Assembly (NCBI GenBank): GCA_030448265.1
Contig: JAUJNG010000013.1
Location: forward strand, 94,621-158,620
From: Abditibacterium sp.
GTDB taxonomy: Bacteria; Armatimonadota; Abditibacteriia; Abditibacteriales; Abditibacteriaceae
Reading direction: 5' to 3'
DNA length: 64,000 nt
Under the pieces are notes generated by a model. The model did not search any database and was not told where the DNA came from. It saw only the letters and a program-made list of their open reading frames with translations. The translations under genes were made by a program, and so were the position numbers. Shown here piece by piece: positions 18,799-28,139 of this stretch (the first letter of the stretch is position 1; each line of letters opens with the position of its first letter).

Positions 18799-20607
18799 TC
18801 AGGACAACTCGAAGACCGCACCGCGCGGCTTGAACGGCAGACGCGCGCCCAAAGGAATCAGAAACGCGTGATCGCGCGAAACGCGCAGATCATGCTCGCA
18901 CAAAGCGTCGGTGATGATGAGAATCGGCCCGTTTTTGGGAAAATCTTCGGCATTTTGCAGCAAATCGACGCCAGGCTGCAAGATGGTGCCACCTCGACCA
19001 CGGATTTTGACCCGCCCCGCCATCTCATCGGGCGCGAGGTAGCCTTCATCGTAAGCGGTGGCGTCGCAAAAGATGAGGCGCGCGGCTGGAACATCGCGTG
19101 CCTGGGCGTAACTGGCGATGCTGCCGAGCGCTTTGCCCAGCAAACTGCGGCTCATCGAGCCGGACGTGTCCAAAACCACGCCGAAAGTGCGCGACTCGCG
19201 CAGTTCGTCGGGCGTGTGCAGGCTGGGACGCGGAATGTCGGGCGTCGCGCTCTGGCGCCGACTCAGGCGCGCGTAGGTGCGTTTTTTTTCGAGCGGCGGA
19301 AAATACTCGTCGAACCAGCGCGCCAGAGCCACATCCCAGGGAATGGCGGGCATTTGCAGCGCGCCGATCTCCTCGACCAGACCCGCCGGCAACAGGCCGC
19401 GCCCGTCGCCTTCGTGATAACTCAGACCCTGCGCCAGCGCGCTGCGATACCAGGCATCGAGCGTCGTGCCCTCGCCCACGCGCGCGAAATCGACTTCGGC
19501 GCCCTCCAGGATGTCGGATTTGCCAAAACCGCGCATGGTTTGCAGCTTGCGATAGCGGCGCAAATCTTTGGTGATGAGGTCGTAAATCGCTTCCGCCGAC
19601 AGGCCGCGCAACTGCGGGTCGTGCAAAAGCCCCAGCGCGGGCACTTCACCGACATTCATTTCGAGGAGCCAGTCGTTGATGACGAAATCGCACGCCACAT
19701 TCCACAAATACGGGTCGCGCGAGCCGCAACGCACATCGTGGCGCAGACCGGCGTGCAAAAATTCATGCGCCATCACGAAGCGATATTGCATTTCGTTCAG
19801 GCCTGCGCCTGGGGCGAAGAAAATCTCGCGGCTTTCCATGTTGATCGCGGCCACGCTGATGCCCAGGCGGTTGCAAAGCGGCCCGTCCTCGATGATTTTG
19901 AACGCCGCCGCCAGCGCGCCCAGAAGCGGGTAAGACGATATGAACCACGCGCGCGCTTTCTCGGCTTGAGTTGGCTCGGCAGCATCACCGTCCAGGCCTG
20001 CCGCGACGCGAACCGCGCTCGACACCGCGCGCTGCAAGCCGTCGGAAAACAGGCGCGGCCACTCCGGCGGCCTGTAATAAGCGTGTTTTACGGGTTCGCA
20101 CCATTCCATATCGAGATTTCCAACGCCCGCAGTGCCAAGTTGCGCCAGGTGAGGCGGGATGCCGCCTTCTCGAAAACGCGCGGCCAAACTTTCTTCTTCG
20201 CGCGCCGGCAACGGCGGAAATTGGGAGTGCGGCAGAATATCTATGGGCGCGGTTCCGACTTTGATGTCGGCCAGAAAACGCGCCACGACGCAATCGCAGG
20301 CCGCGTTCCATTCGGGCGTGTTGTGGGCGTGAAAATGATCGAACGCCAGATGCAAAAGCGCATGAGCCAGCACGTATTCCCACTCGCTTGGCTCGACGCG
20401 CCGCGTGGGATGAACGCGAATCTGACCGTCGGCGCGCACGACACAAAACCCCTCGCGCGGCACGCCGTTGTGATTGGAATCGTTGCGGCGGATGAACTCG
20501 GCGTGCATCGCGAGCGCCGAAAACAGCGGGTGCTGGCGCAGATTGGATAATCCGCGCTCGAACTGCACCGCCGCCATATCAAGTTGAGGCGCTTTCTTCT
20601 TCGCCAT
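18799..20607 (-). CDS. DUF2201-type metallopeptidase-like plus vWA protein (two peptidase-like modules)
   Basis: HALLH and HEFLH segments, each followed by WNxACDxV; C-terminal vWA DTSGSM, GRGGT, ITD. Confidence 0.85.
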   Translation of the reverse strand: MAKKKAPQLDMAAVQFERGLSNLRQHPLFSALAMHAEFIRRNDSNHNGVPREGFCVVRADGQIRVHPTRRVEPSEWEYVLAHALLHLAFDHFHAHNTPEWNAACDCVVARFLADIKVGTAPIDILPHSQFPPLPAREEESLAARFREGGIPPHLAQLGTAGVGNLDMEWCEPVKHAYYRPPEWPRLFSDGLQRAVSSAVRVAAGLDGDAAEPTQAEKARAWFISSYPLLGALAAAFKIIEDGPLCNRLGISVAAINMESREIFFAPGAGLNEMQYRFVMAHEFLHAGLRHDVRCGSRDPYLWNVACDFVINDWLLEMNVGEVPALGLLHDPQLRGLSAEAIYDLITKDLRRYRKLQTMRGFGKSDILEGAEVDFARVGEGTTLDAWYRSALAQGLSYHEGDGRGLLPAGLVEEIGALQMPAIPWDVALARWFDEYFPPLEKKRTYARLSRRQSATPDIPRPSLHTPDELRESRTFGVVLDTSGSMSRSLLGKALGSIASYAQARDVPAARLIFCDATAYDEGYLAPDEMAGRVKIRGRGGTILQPGVDLLQNAEDFPKNGPILIITDALCEHDLRVSRDHAFLIPLGARLPFKPRGAVFELS

Positions 20608-21671
20608 TATTTCTTCTCAACCAAACGCGGCAGGTCGCGGACGACTTCGGCCAAAAACCAGCCAGGAAGCGCGTTATTTTCCTCTTCGGCCACGGCCACC
20701 TGCGCGATTTCGAGCGAAATGTTGGCCAGGTCTTTGAGGAGTCCCTTAGCCGCGAACGCCAGTTCCGCGCTGCGGCCCGACAATTTAGCCTTATCGGGCG
20801 GCAGCTCTTTCGATAAGCGGGCGCGAAAACTCTGGGCCAGAAAATACAAAACGTCGCGGTCTTCGGGCTGGAACGGCCATTTCGCCTCGCCTTTGAGGAT
20901 CGCATCGAGGGCGTATTTGGAGCGGACTTGTTTGACGTAAGCCTTGAATTGGGTGGCGTGCGCGGGCGTCAGACAGCCAAACGCGAGGGCGTCGAACCAG
21001 GTCGCATCGAGCGGTTTCTCGCCGCCGTCGTGGAAGGAGTGGAGGGCATCCGAGAGCATGTGCCAGGCGCGAGGCGTCGAAAAGGGTTCTTCGTGTTTGG
21101 GCGGCGCCGTCCAGAGATGGTCGGGGCGCGCCGCGATGTAATCGCACACCAGGGGGTGAATCTGGTTTTGGCGCGCCCATTCGAGCCAGTCGCGTGCCGA
21201 GGCCGCGAGATGAACGTGAACCATGCGATTGAGAAGGGCCGACGACATCGGTTTCACAATGGCCGCGTCCTGAGCGCGATTGCCGGCGCCCACCACAATC
21301 GAACCGGCGGGAAGAGAGTATTCGCCTAACTTGCGGTCGTGAATCAGCGAGTAAAACGCTTTTTGCACTTCGCTGGAACAGGCGTTGAGCTCGTCCAGAA
21401 ACAAACAGTAAGGCTCATCGCGCGCAATTGAGCGCGGCGGGCAAAAGCGGCTTTTGCCCTCGATGATTTGCGGCACGCCGATGAGATCTTCGGGCGCGAG
21501 CTGGCTTCCCAGCAAAGACACGCACTCCAATCCCAGGGAACGCGCGAACTTCTCGACGAGCGCCGATTTGCCAATGCCAGGCGGCCCCCAGATAAAAACG
21601 GGACGCACCAGAGCGACATTAAGCAGAAATTCGGGAAGCTGAGACGGCGTGAGAGACGTGGAAGCGTTCAT
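20607..21671 (-). CDS. MoxR-type AAA+ ATPase
   Basis: GPPGIGKS Walker A, LFLDELN Walker B, GAGNR, SALLNR; coupled to the downstream vWA gene. Confidence 0.92.
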   Translation of the reverse strand: MNASTSLTPSQLPEFLLNVALVRPVFIWGPPGIGKSALVEKFARSLGLECVSLLGSQLAPEDLIGVPQIIEGKSRFCPPRSIARDEPYCLFLDELNACSSEVQKAFYSLIHDRKLGEYSLPAGSIVVGAGNRAQDAAIVKPMSSALLNRMVHVHLAASARDWLEWARQNQIHPLVCDYIAARPDHLWTAPPKHEEPFSTPRAWHMLSDALHSFHDGGEKPLDATWFDALAFGCLTPAHATQFKAYVKQVRSKYALDAILKGEAKWPFQPEDRDVLYFLAQSFRARLSKELPPDKAKLSGRSAELAFAAKGLLKDLANISLEIAQVAVAEEENNALPGWFLAEVVRDLPRLVEKK

Positions 21672-21862
21672 TTAGGGAGAAGATGAAGACGGGCAAATAC
21701 GGCGAGCGAGCGGAATCCGGTTGGCGGCGCGCGGAGTCGATGCCCACTGATTAATCCTACCCTACGGTATGAACAGGTTGTTGTGCCACGAACTCGGGTG
21801 TGGGGCGGTCGCGCAGCGCTTGAGAACAGCACTCGGAGTTTTTATCCATCGCGGGCGTAGTG

Positions 21863-22023
21863 AGAGCCTATCCAAAGAGGTGGTTTGCAGCGACTAAAGT
21901 CACCGCAACAACGACGCGAAGTCCGCCGGCGCGGGCTGAATGCCTCTCAACCTGCGAAGGCAGGTTTTGCGTCGTTGTTGCGGTGACTTTAGTCGCTGCA
22001 AACTGCCTTTTTGGATGCGCTCT
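21863..22023. repeat. REP doublet (GCAG-type) with cloverleaf core, copy 1, inside an outer IR
   Basis: Core 21887-21999 gcagcgactaaagtcaccgc...gcggtgactttagtcgctgc with two internal hairpins; outer arms agagcctatcc/ggatgcgctct. Confidence 0.85.
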
Positions 22024-22049
22024 AAGCAGTGTGGTCGGCACGGCGCTTT

Positions 22050-22541
22050 TCAAACGATGGTGAATTCAATGGGCAAAGCGCGAACTTGAGAACTGTTGGT
22101 CAGGTGTGCTTCCAGGCGATATCTGCCAGGCGGCAGTTCGCCCATCTCGCTGCCGATTTCAGTGCTGTAGGTCTGGCGCTCCCCCATTTTCAACTTGAGG
22201 GTGCTGGTCATCTGGGTGAACATCTTGTTGGCGCTCCAGATGTAAACCGGCTCTTTCTCGCCGAGTTTGAAGACCTTGAAGTCGTAGCGCTGACCCGAGG
22301 AAAATTTCAGGTAAGCGTCTTTGCGCTGAATGTTGGTGGCTTTGAGCGTCACCTTAACGGGTTCGCCTGCCGTGTATTGGCGTTTGTTGGTGTTCACCTG
22401 CAACTCGACCCAGGAGCCGCCTTTCACCCCACGTTTCCCCAGGGGGGCCTCTTGAGCCATCACCGGCGGGGCACAGATCAAAAAAGGTGTGGCCACCAGC
22501 GTTAAAGCCAGAAACTTATGGCGCTTAATTTTGCTTTGCAT
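22050..22541 (-). CDS. Secreted BsuPI-like (Ig-fold putative proteinase inhibitor) protein
   Basis: LKFSSGQRYDFKV, VYIWSANKMFTQ, PGRYRLEA; signal peptide. Confidence 0.75.
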   Translation of the reverse strand: MQSKIKRHKFLALTLVATPFLICAPPVMAQEAPLGKRGVKGGSWVELQVNTNKRQYTAGEPVKVTLKATNIQRKDAYLKFSSGQRYDFKVFKLGEKEPVYIWSANKMFTQMTSTLKLKMGERQTYSTEIGSEMGELPPGRYRLEAHLTNSSQVRALPIEFTIV

Positions 22542-22665
22542 GATGTCATCGACTGCCAGCCAAAAACATTTGTTCCAGCGGAGTTTCTAACGGCTGCATC
22601 CACGCCGGCGGTGTTACTCCAGCCCGCACAATCTTGGAATCCAAAGTGCTCAAGAGGCGGCCTCA

Positions 22666-23313
22666 TTGAAGAGGAACGACCCCAACATGAACGAAGACCC
22701 CAACAATAGCCAGAGCACACCAGCCCATGACAAGCCAACCGGAGCGGACGCGGGCTGGCGGCTGCGCCAGACGCGGCGGCGGGTGGAAACTGCGATTTTG
22801 AAGTGGCGAGATGACGATGTGACGGTGCGAGGCCAGGGCGATATGGTCTATTCCTATATCGAAAAAGCTCCTGGCGTCTTGATCGTGCCCATCACCCGCG
22901 AGGGGCAGATGGTGCTGATTCGGCAGTATCGCTATCCGGTAGATCAGTGGTGTTTGGAAATTCCTGCCGGCGGCACTCATGACACGGGGGATGCCCCTCT
23001 CGAAGAGGTCGCGCTCAAGGAATTGTCCGAGGAACTCGGCGCGACCTGCGCCACTCTGGAGCCCGTTGCCACCTTCTATGCCGAACCCTCGATGACGGAT
23101 GAGAAATGCCACGTTTACCTGGCTCATGGCGTCGAGCTGCGCCACGAGGCGCACCCTGAAGGCAGCGAAAGAATTGAAAAAGTCGTGGTTCCAATTGAGG
23201 AGGCGCTGCGACTGGCCCAGGAAGGAGAGATGAAGTCTGGCCCCTGCACCCTGGCGGTTCTGCTGTGCCGGAAGGCGCTGGTGCGTCACGGCTTCCTGAC
23301 CGGAGGATCTTGA
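22666..23313 (+). CDS. NUDIX hydrolase, ADP-ribose pyrophosphatase-like
   Basis: LIRQYRYPV, EIPAGG, ALKELSEELG. Confidence 0.88.
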   Translation: MKRNDPNMNEDPNNSQSTPAHDKPTGADAGWRLRQTRRRVETAILKWRDDDVTVRGQGDMVYSYIEKAPGVLIVPITREGQMVLIRQYRYPVDQWCLEIPAGGTHDTGDAPLEEVALKELSEELGATCATLEPVATFYAEPSMTDEKCHVYLAHGVELRHEAHPEGSERIEKVVVPIEEALRLAQEGEMKSGPCTLAVLLCRKALVRHGFLTGGS

Positions 23314-23402
23314 CCAGCATGGGCGCGCGAGCAGGCAAAGTGGCCACAATCAAAGATGCATTTGATTTGCACCCCCAGCCATGCCATGCCAACACCCACG
23401 TT

Positions 23403-24209
23403 TCAGGAAGTGGTGTCTTGCACTGTGGGAGGAATCACAAAAGGAAAGTCGCCGTTTCTGGCTTGCGAGAGTTCCACAAGCACCTGGGCCAGATTTGCGG
23501 TGGCCTCTTCTAAAATCGCCAGTCCTTTGGCAGCCGTGGCCAGACGCGGATCGCCGGTTCCGGTGTCACGAGTCAGTGCAGCCCACTGGCGCTGCACCCA
23601 CACCCCTGGCGTTTGGGTCAGTGCCGGCAAGGCGGACGGTGTCGTGGCGCCATCGCCCGCAGCGTCCAGATCGACCCAGGCCGGTTCCAGGTGCAACATC
23701 AGGCTGGTTTCGAATTCGTCGGCGTGATCACCAGGAATCTCCTGAGCGGCTCTGCCCTGAGGCGACAAGGCAAAACCGTGAGCCTGCACGATAAAAATGG
23801 GCAGATCGGCCATGACATCGCGCAGCAGCGGCTTGAATTCGTTGCCGCCGTGAAAGTTGAGCACCACCAGGCGGTCGATGTTCTGGCGCAGCAGCGAATC
23901 CGCGACATCGAAGAGGATTTTGGCCTGTGTCGAAGCGCGCAGCGAAATGGTGGCGACCTGGGGAAGTTGCGCGTGATTTTGTCCAAAAGGGAGAGCGGGC
24001 AGCAGGACGCAGCGCGCCCCTGAGGCGTTGGCGCGTTCTACGGCTCTGGTTCCTAGTGCGCTGGCTTCGATGATGTCGGTGCCGTGGGGCAGGTGGAAGT
24101 TGTGGGCTTCGGTGGCACCCCACGGCAAAACAGCGACATTGGGTTTGAGTTCGAGGAGTTGGCGGTAGTTGGCTTCGAGAACAACAAAAGGGCGAGCAGA
24201 GAAATCCAT
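23403..24209 (-). CDS. Creatininase family amidohydrolase
   Basis: LPWGATEAHNFHLPHGTD, NFHGGN, DHADEFETS, GDPRLATAAKG. Confidence 0.9.
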   Translation of the reverse strand: MDFSARPFVVLEANYRQLLELKPNVAVLPWGATEAHNFHLPHGTDIIEASALGTRAVERANASGARCVLLPALPFGQNHAQLPQVATISLRASTQAKILFDVADSLLRQNIDRLVVLNFHGGNEFKPLLRDVMADLPIFIVQAHGFALSPQGRAAQEIPGDHADEFETSLMLHLEPAWVDLDAAGDGATTPSALPALTQTPGVWVQRQWAALTRDTGTGDPRLATAAKGLAILEEATANLAQVLVELSQARNGDFPFVIPPTVQDTTS

Positions 24210-24221
24210 GGAATCCAGAGT

Positions 24222-24389
24222 TTAGAAGCTGTTTAGTCAATGGCACTTTTACTTTGAAGTGCCGGAAAACACGTCATGCTGAGCCTGCGAAGCATCTGGC
24301 GTTGCTGCCATGTGAGCCTGCAAACCAGATGCTTCGCAGGCTCAGCATGACGAGAATTGCGAGTTTTCCATTGACTAAACAGCCTCTAA
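24222..24389. repeat. Nested palindromic element (gtcatgctgagc...gctcagcatgac core)
   Basis: Outer 22-bp arms 24222-24243/24368-24389 (1 mismatch); inner 28-bp perfect arms 24272-24299/24325-24352. Confidence 0.85.
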
Positions 24390-24476
24390 TGGCCTTGCCG
24401 ATCAGACCAATGGCCTTGTCGCGCTTGCACCCCTAACAGGCGGCATTGCTTTTGCGTTGGGGCGCGGGCCTGGAGA

Positions 24477-25271
24477 ATGAACACCATGGCAATGTTAGAC
24501 GGTAAAGTCGCCTTTATCACGGGCGCGGCGAGCGGTATCGGTGAATCCACGGCGCGGCGTTTCGCCCAGGAAGGCGCACGCGTCGTGCTGGCCGACCTCA
24601 ACACCGAGAATTTGCAACGGGTGCAACGAGATATCGAGAGTCTGGGAGGCCAGGCTGCATCGGTTGGGTGCAATGTCACCGATGCGACTTCGGTTCAGGA
24701 GGCTTTTGCCGTCGCAACGGAGCGGTGGGGGCGCCTCGATGTGGTCTTTGCCAATGCGGGCATCGCCGGAGTCTGGGCGCCTCTGGAGGACTTGCAGCCC
24801 GAAGAATGGGATCGCACTCTCCAAACCAACCTGCGAGGCGTCTTTTTAACGCTGCACTTTGCCATTCCGCACCTGAGAGCTACGGGCGGGGGCAGTGTCA
24901 TCATCACCAGCAGCATCAGCGGCAATCGCACCTATGCCCAGGCTGGAGCGGCGGCTTACAGCACTTCCAAAGCGGGACAGGTCGCCCTGATGAAGATGGC
25001 GGCGCTGGAATTAGCGCGCTACAACATCCGCGTCAACGCGGTGTGCCCTGGCACCATCCCCACCAACATCGGTGAGAACATGGAAACGCGCAACACGCAG
25101 GAAGTCGGCTTGCCTGAAATCCGCGAGGGCGAAGGCAACCCCGCACTGCACGGCGGCATCGGGCAGCCCCGCGATGTGGCCAACACCTGCCTGTTCCTCG
25201 CCTGCGACCTCAGCCTCCACGTGTCGGGGGTCGAGATTTACGTCGATGGCGGCGAATCGCTGCTGCGTTGA
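24477..25271 (+). CDS. Short-chain dehydrogenase/reductase
   Basis: TGAASGIG, NAGI, YSTSK, VNAVCPG. Confidence 0.93.
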   Translation: MNTMAMLDGKVAFITGAASGIGESTARRFAQEGARVVLADLNTENLQRVQRDIESLGGQAASVGCNVTDATSVQEAFAVATERWGRLDVVFANAGIAGVWAPLEDLQPEEWDRTLQTNLRGVFLTLHFAIPHLRATGGGSVIITSSISGNRTYAQAGAAAYSTSKAGQVALMKMAALELARYNIRVNAVCPGTIPTNIGENMETRNTQEVGLPEIREGEGNPALHGGIGQPRDVANTCLFLACDLSLHVSGVEIYVDGGESLLR

Positions 25272-25328
25272 CTCAGGGGCCGCACACAATAGCATGACGA
25301 GAATGACAGAGTTTTTCCTTTTGACCTC

Positions 25329-25471
25329 TTGCGAAAGTGGCTTGCAGCGACTGAAGTCACCGCAACAACGACGCGAAACCTGCCTTCGCAGGTTGGGGAG
25401 CATCCAGTCCGCGCAGGCGGACTTCGCGTCGTTGTTGCGGTGACTTCAGTCGCTGCAAACCACTTTCGCAA
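25329..25471. repeat. REP doublet (GCAG-type), copy 2, inverted relative to copy 1
   Basis: Core 25344-25456; outer arms ttgcgaaagtgg/ccactttcgcaa. Confidence 0.85.
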
Positions 25472-25502
25472 GTTTTTCCTATTGACTCAACAGCCTCACG
25501 AT

Positions 25503-26219
25503 ATGAAAGTTCTTTTAACCGGCCCATCGGGGCGTATCGGGCCGCATCTGGTGGCACCGTTTCGCGAGGTTTACGACCTCCAGACCTTCGATTTAATCGG
25601 AAACGGCGCCGATTTCGAAGGAAATTTATCGCAAATCGAGCCGCTTCGCGCCGCGATGCGGGGCTGCGAAGTCGCGGTGCATCTGGCGGCGACTTCCGAT
25701 GAAGCGCCGTTTGTCGAAAAGTTGGTGCCCAACAACGTTGTGGGCGTTTACAATGTTCTCGAAGCGGCGCGCCTCGAAGCGGTGCGGCGCGTGGTGTTCG
25801 CGTCGTCGGTTCAGGCCGTTTCGGGCAATACGCGCGGCCAGGGGGCGCCCTTTGACAATCAGGAAGCGCCTCGTCCTGGCACGCTTTACGGCGCCACCAA
25901 AATTCTTGGCGAGACGATGGGGCGCTGGTATCACGACAAACACGGCCTCGAATTCATCGCGATTCGCATCGGCGCTTTTCAGCCCCCCGATTCGCCGCTT
26001 CTCGAGAAGACATGGTGCCGCGAACTCTGGCTGTCGCCGCGCGACGCCGCCGCGCTGTTTCGCGCCGCCATCGAGACGCCCGACATCGGCTACGCCATCG
26101 TCAACGGCACTTCCAAAACGGTTCGAGAGCGCCTGTCGCTGCAAAGCGCCCGCGAGATTTTAGGCTGGGAGCCGCAGGACGACGTTCACGAGGTTTCTCG
26201 CTCTCTGGGAGAGAATTAA
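25503..26219 (+). CDS. NAD-dependent epimerase/dehydratase (uronate dehydrogenase-like)
   Basis: LLTGPSGRIG, HLAA, FASS, YGATK, IRIG, WLSPRD. Confidence 0.9.
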   Translation: MKVLLTGPSGRIGPHLVAPFREVYDLQTFDLIGNGADFEGNLSQIEPLRAAMRGCEVAVHLAATSDEAPFVEKLVPNNVVGVYNVLEAARLEAVRRVVFASSVQAVSGNTRGQGAPFDNQEAPRPGTLYGATKILGETMGRWYHDKHGLEFIAIRIGAFQPPDSPLLEKTWCRELWLSPRDAAALFRAAIETPDIGYAIVNGTSKTVRERLSLQSAREILGWEPQDDVHEVSRSLGEN

Positions 26220-26299
26220 CCACAGAGACACGGAGGCACAGAGAAAAAAGAGAGTTTTGATTTCCAGCTTCAAAAATCTCCGTGTCTCTGTGGTTAATT
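26214..26299. repeat. Palindromic MITE-like element (accacagagacac family)
   Basis: 22-bp perfect arms 26214-26235/26278-26299; the left arm contains the upstream gene's TAA. Confidence 0.85.
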
Positions 26300-26306
26300 G
26301 AAACTT

Positions 26307-27257
26307 ATGAAAATCGTTTTGACCGGCGCAAGCGGCTACCTTGGCAATGCGCTGGCGCCGTTTCTGGCCGCAAGGGAACACGAAATCGTTCTGGTGGCGC
26401 GGCGCGAGATTCACTCGCGGCCCACAAACACGCGATTTTTTGGGTGGGACGGCGAAAATCTCGGCGAGTGGGCGCGCGAAATCGACGGCGCCGATGCGGT
26501 GATTAACCTCGCGGGCCGCAGCGTCAACTGCCGCTACAACGAGGAAAATAAGCGTGAAATTCTCCAATCGCGCCTCCAAACGACGCGCCTTGTCGCCCGC
26601 GCCATCGCCCAGGCGAAAAATCCGCCGCGCGTCTGGCTTAACGCATCGGGGGCGATTTACGCAAATCAACGCGAGCGCGATTTGGACGAGAATGGCGCTG
26701 TGGGCGAAGGCTTTTCCGTCGAGGTGTGCAAAGCGTGGGAAGGCGCGCTTTTAGAGGCCGATTTGCCCCAGACGCGCCGCGTCGCGCTGCGAATGTCGAT
26801 GATTTTCGGACGCAGCGCGCCGGTTTTCAATGTTTTCGCACGTTTGACGAAGTTGGGTTTGGGCGGGCCGCAGGGCGATGGCGGGCAATACGTTTCGTGG
26901 ATTCACGAGCGTGACTGCCTGCGCGCGCTGCAATTTCTGCTCGAAAATGAAACATTGAGCGGGCCGGTCAACGTCTGCGCGCCGCACCCAATTCCCAACC
27001 GCGAATTTACGCGGGTTTTGTGCCGCGTTTTCGGCGTGCCGTTCGGTTTGCCCGCGCCCAGACCCGCGATGGAAATCGGCGCGATTTTAATGCAAACCGA
27101 AACCGAACTGGCGCTCAAAAGCCGCCGCGCCGTGCCGAAACGGTTGCTCGATGCCGGTTTCAAGTTCGATTTTCCGCACTGGCGACTTGCGGCGCCCGAC
27201 ATCATTAATTCACCGCATTGGCGCAAAGGCGCAAAGAATTTAGAGAGGACTCCATGA
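26307..27257 (+). CDS. TIGR01777-family epimerase/oxidoreductase (YfcH-like)
   Basis: LTGASGYLG, VINLAGRSV, SRLQTT, GLGG..G.G.QYVSWIH, GPVN, DAGFKF. Confidence 0.92.
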   Translation: MKIVLTGASGYLGNALAPFLAAREHEIVLVARREIHSRPTNTRFFGWDGENLGEWAREIDGADAVINLAGRSVNCRYNEENKREILQSRLQTTRLVARAIAQAKNPPRVWLNASGAIYANQRERDLDENGAVGEGFSVEVCKAWEGALLEADLPQTRRVALRMSMIFGRSAPVFNVFARLTKLGLGGPQGDGGQYVSWIHERDCLRALQFLLENETLSGPVNVCAPHPIPNREFTRVLCRVFGVPFGLPAPRPAMEIGAILMQTETELALKSRRAVPKRLLDAGFKFDFPHWRLAAPDIINSPHWRKGAKNLERTP

Positions 27258-27324
27258 ACCGCTTTTTTCACATCTCTTCTTCTTTTTGGCTCCTAAAATC
27301 TTTGCGCCTCTGCGTCTTTGCGGT
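27211..27324. repeat. Palindromic MITE-like element overlapping two coding sequences
   Basis: caccgcattggcgcaaaggcgcaaaga (27211-27237) pairs with tctttgcgcctctgcgtctttgcggt (27299-27324); same family as 10645 and 58450. Confidence 0.7.
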
Positions 27325-28018
27325 TTGGTTTCTTCTCGGTTCCGCTCAGGCCAAAGAGGTTCAAAATCACGGCGTCGTCTTTGAAAAATGGATCCGCGAC
27401 ACCTTTTTCGACGGCTACGAGCCGCAATCCTACACCCAGAAATGGGATATTCCCGCCTCGGCCAACAAGCGGTTCGGCGGCATTCCCATCAATCCCAAAG
27501 CCATTAAATATCGCGCGCCGGTCGATCTGGGCGACGCCATTCGCCAGTATCAAATCGACGAGACGTTTTGGATGATTATCGGCTACTGGCAGCAGGAGGG
27601 CGACAAAAAACGCTTCGTCAACGTCGTGGCGGCCCGCATCGAACCCGCGCAGTATCGCAGGCTGTGGGGCGATATTACGCTCGAAGATTTAAAGCGACTC
27701 GACGCCGTCATCAAAGACACGCCCGATTATCGTGAGGCGCGCAAACTCGCGCAGGCGATGAAAAAGTCCAGGCCGTTTTCGGGTTCAATTATCACGCTCA
27801 ACCCGAAAATCGACTCCAAAACTCAGCGCCGTTTGCAGTGTTCGCTTTCTTTTGCCAACGTGTTCAAACATCTGGCGCCCACTGCCGACCCCGCGATTCA
27901 GCAGCGCCCGCTTTTGTGGGGCGTGCCGGTTTTGCCGGCTTTCGACTCGCCCCCTCGCAGTTTTGGGGCTAAAACCGAGACTAAATCAACTCCCGATGCA
28001 ACGCCGTCAAATCGTTAG
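27254..28018 (+). CDS. Hypothetical secreted protein, possible PD-(D/E)xK-like nuclease
   Basis: ATGA coupling to the upstream gene; signal peptide ending SAQA; QNHGVVFEK...KWD...NPK pattern. Confidence 0.65.
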   Translation: MNRFFHISSSFWLLKSLRLCVFAVWFLLGSAQAKEVQNHGVVFEKWIRDTFFDGYEPQSYTQKWDIPASANKRFGGIPINPKAIKYRAPVDLGDAIRQYQIDETFWMIIGYWQQEGDKKRFVNVVAARIEPAQYRRLWGDITLEDLKRLDAVIKDTPDYREARKLAQAMKKSRPFSGSIITLNPKIDSKTQRRLQCSLSFANVFKHLAPTADPAIQQRPLLWGVPVLPAFDSPPRSFGAKTETKSTPDATPSNR

Positions 28019-28139
28019 CGAAAGCATTGTGATGATGAACGCGGCATTTTGACGATTCAGGACGCTGATACTTTCTCTTCCCTGTTTGAGGAAGTCGAAT
28101 GTCCCTGGGCGACGCGGGCGATTTGGTCTTCAAAAATCT

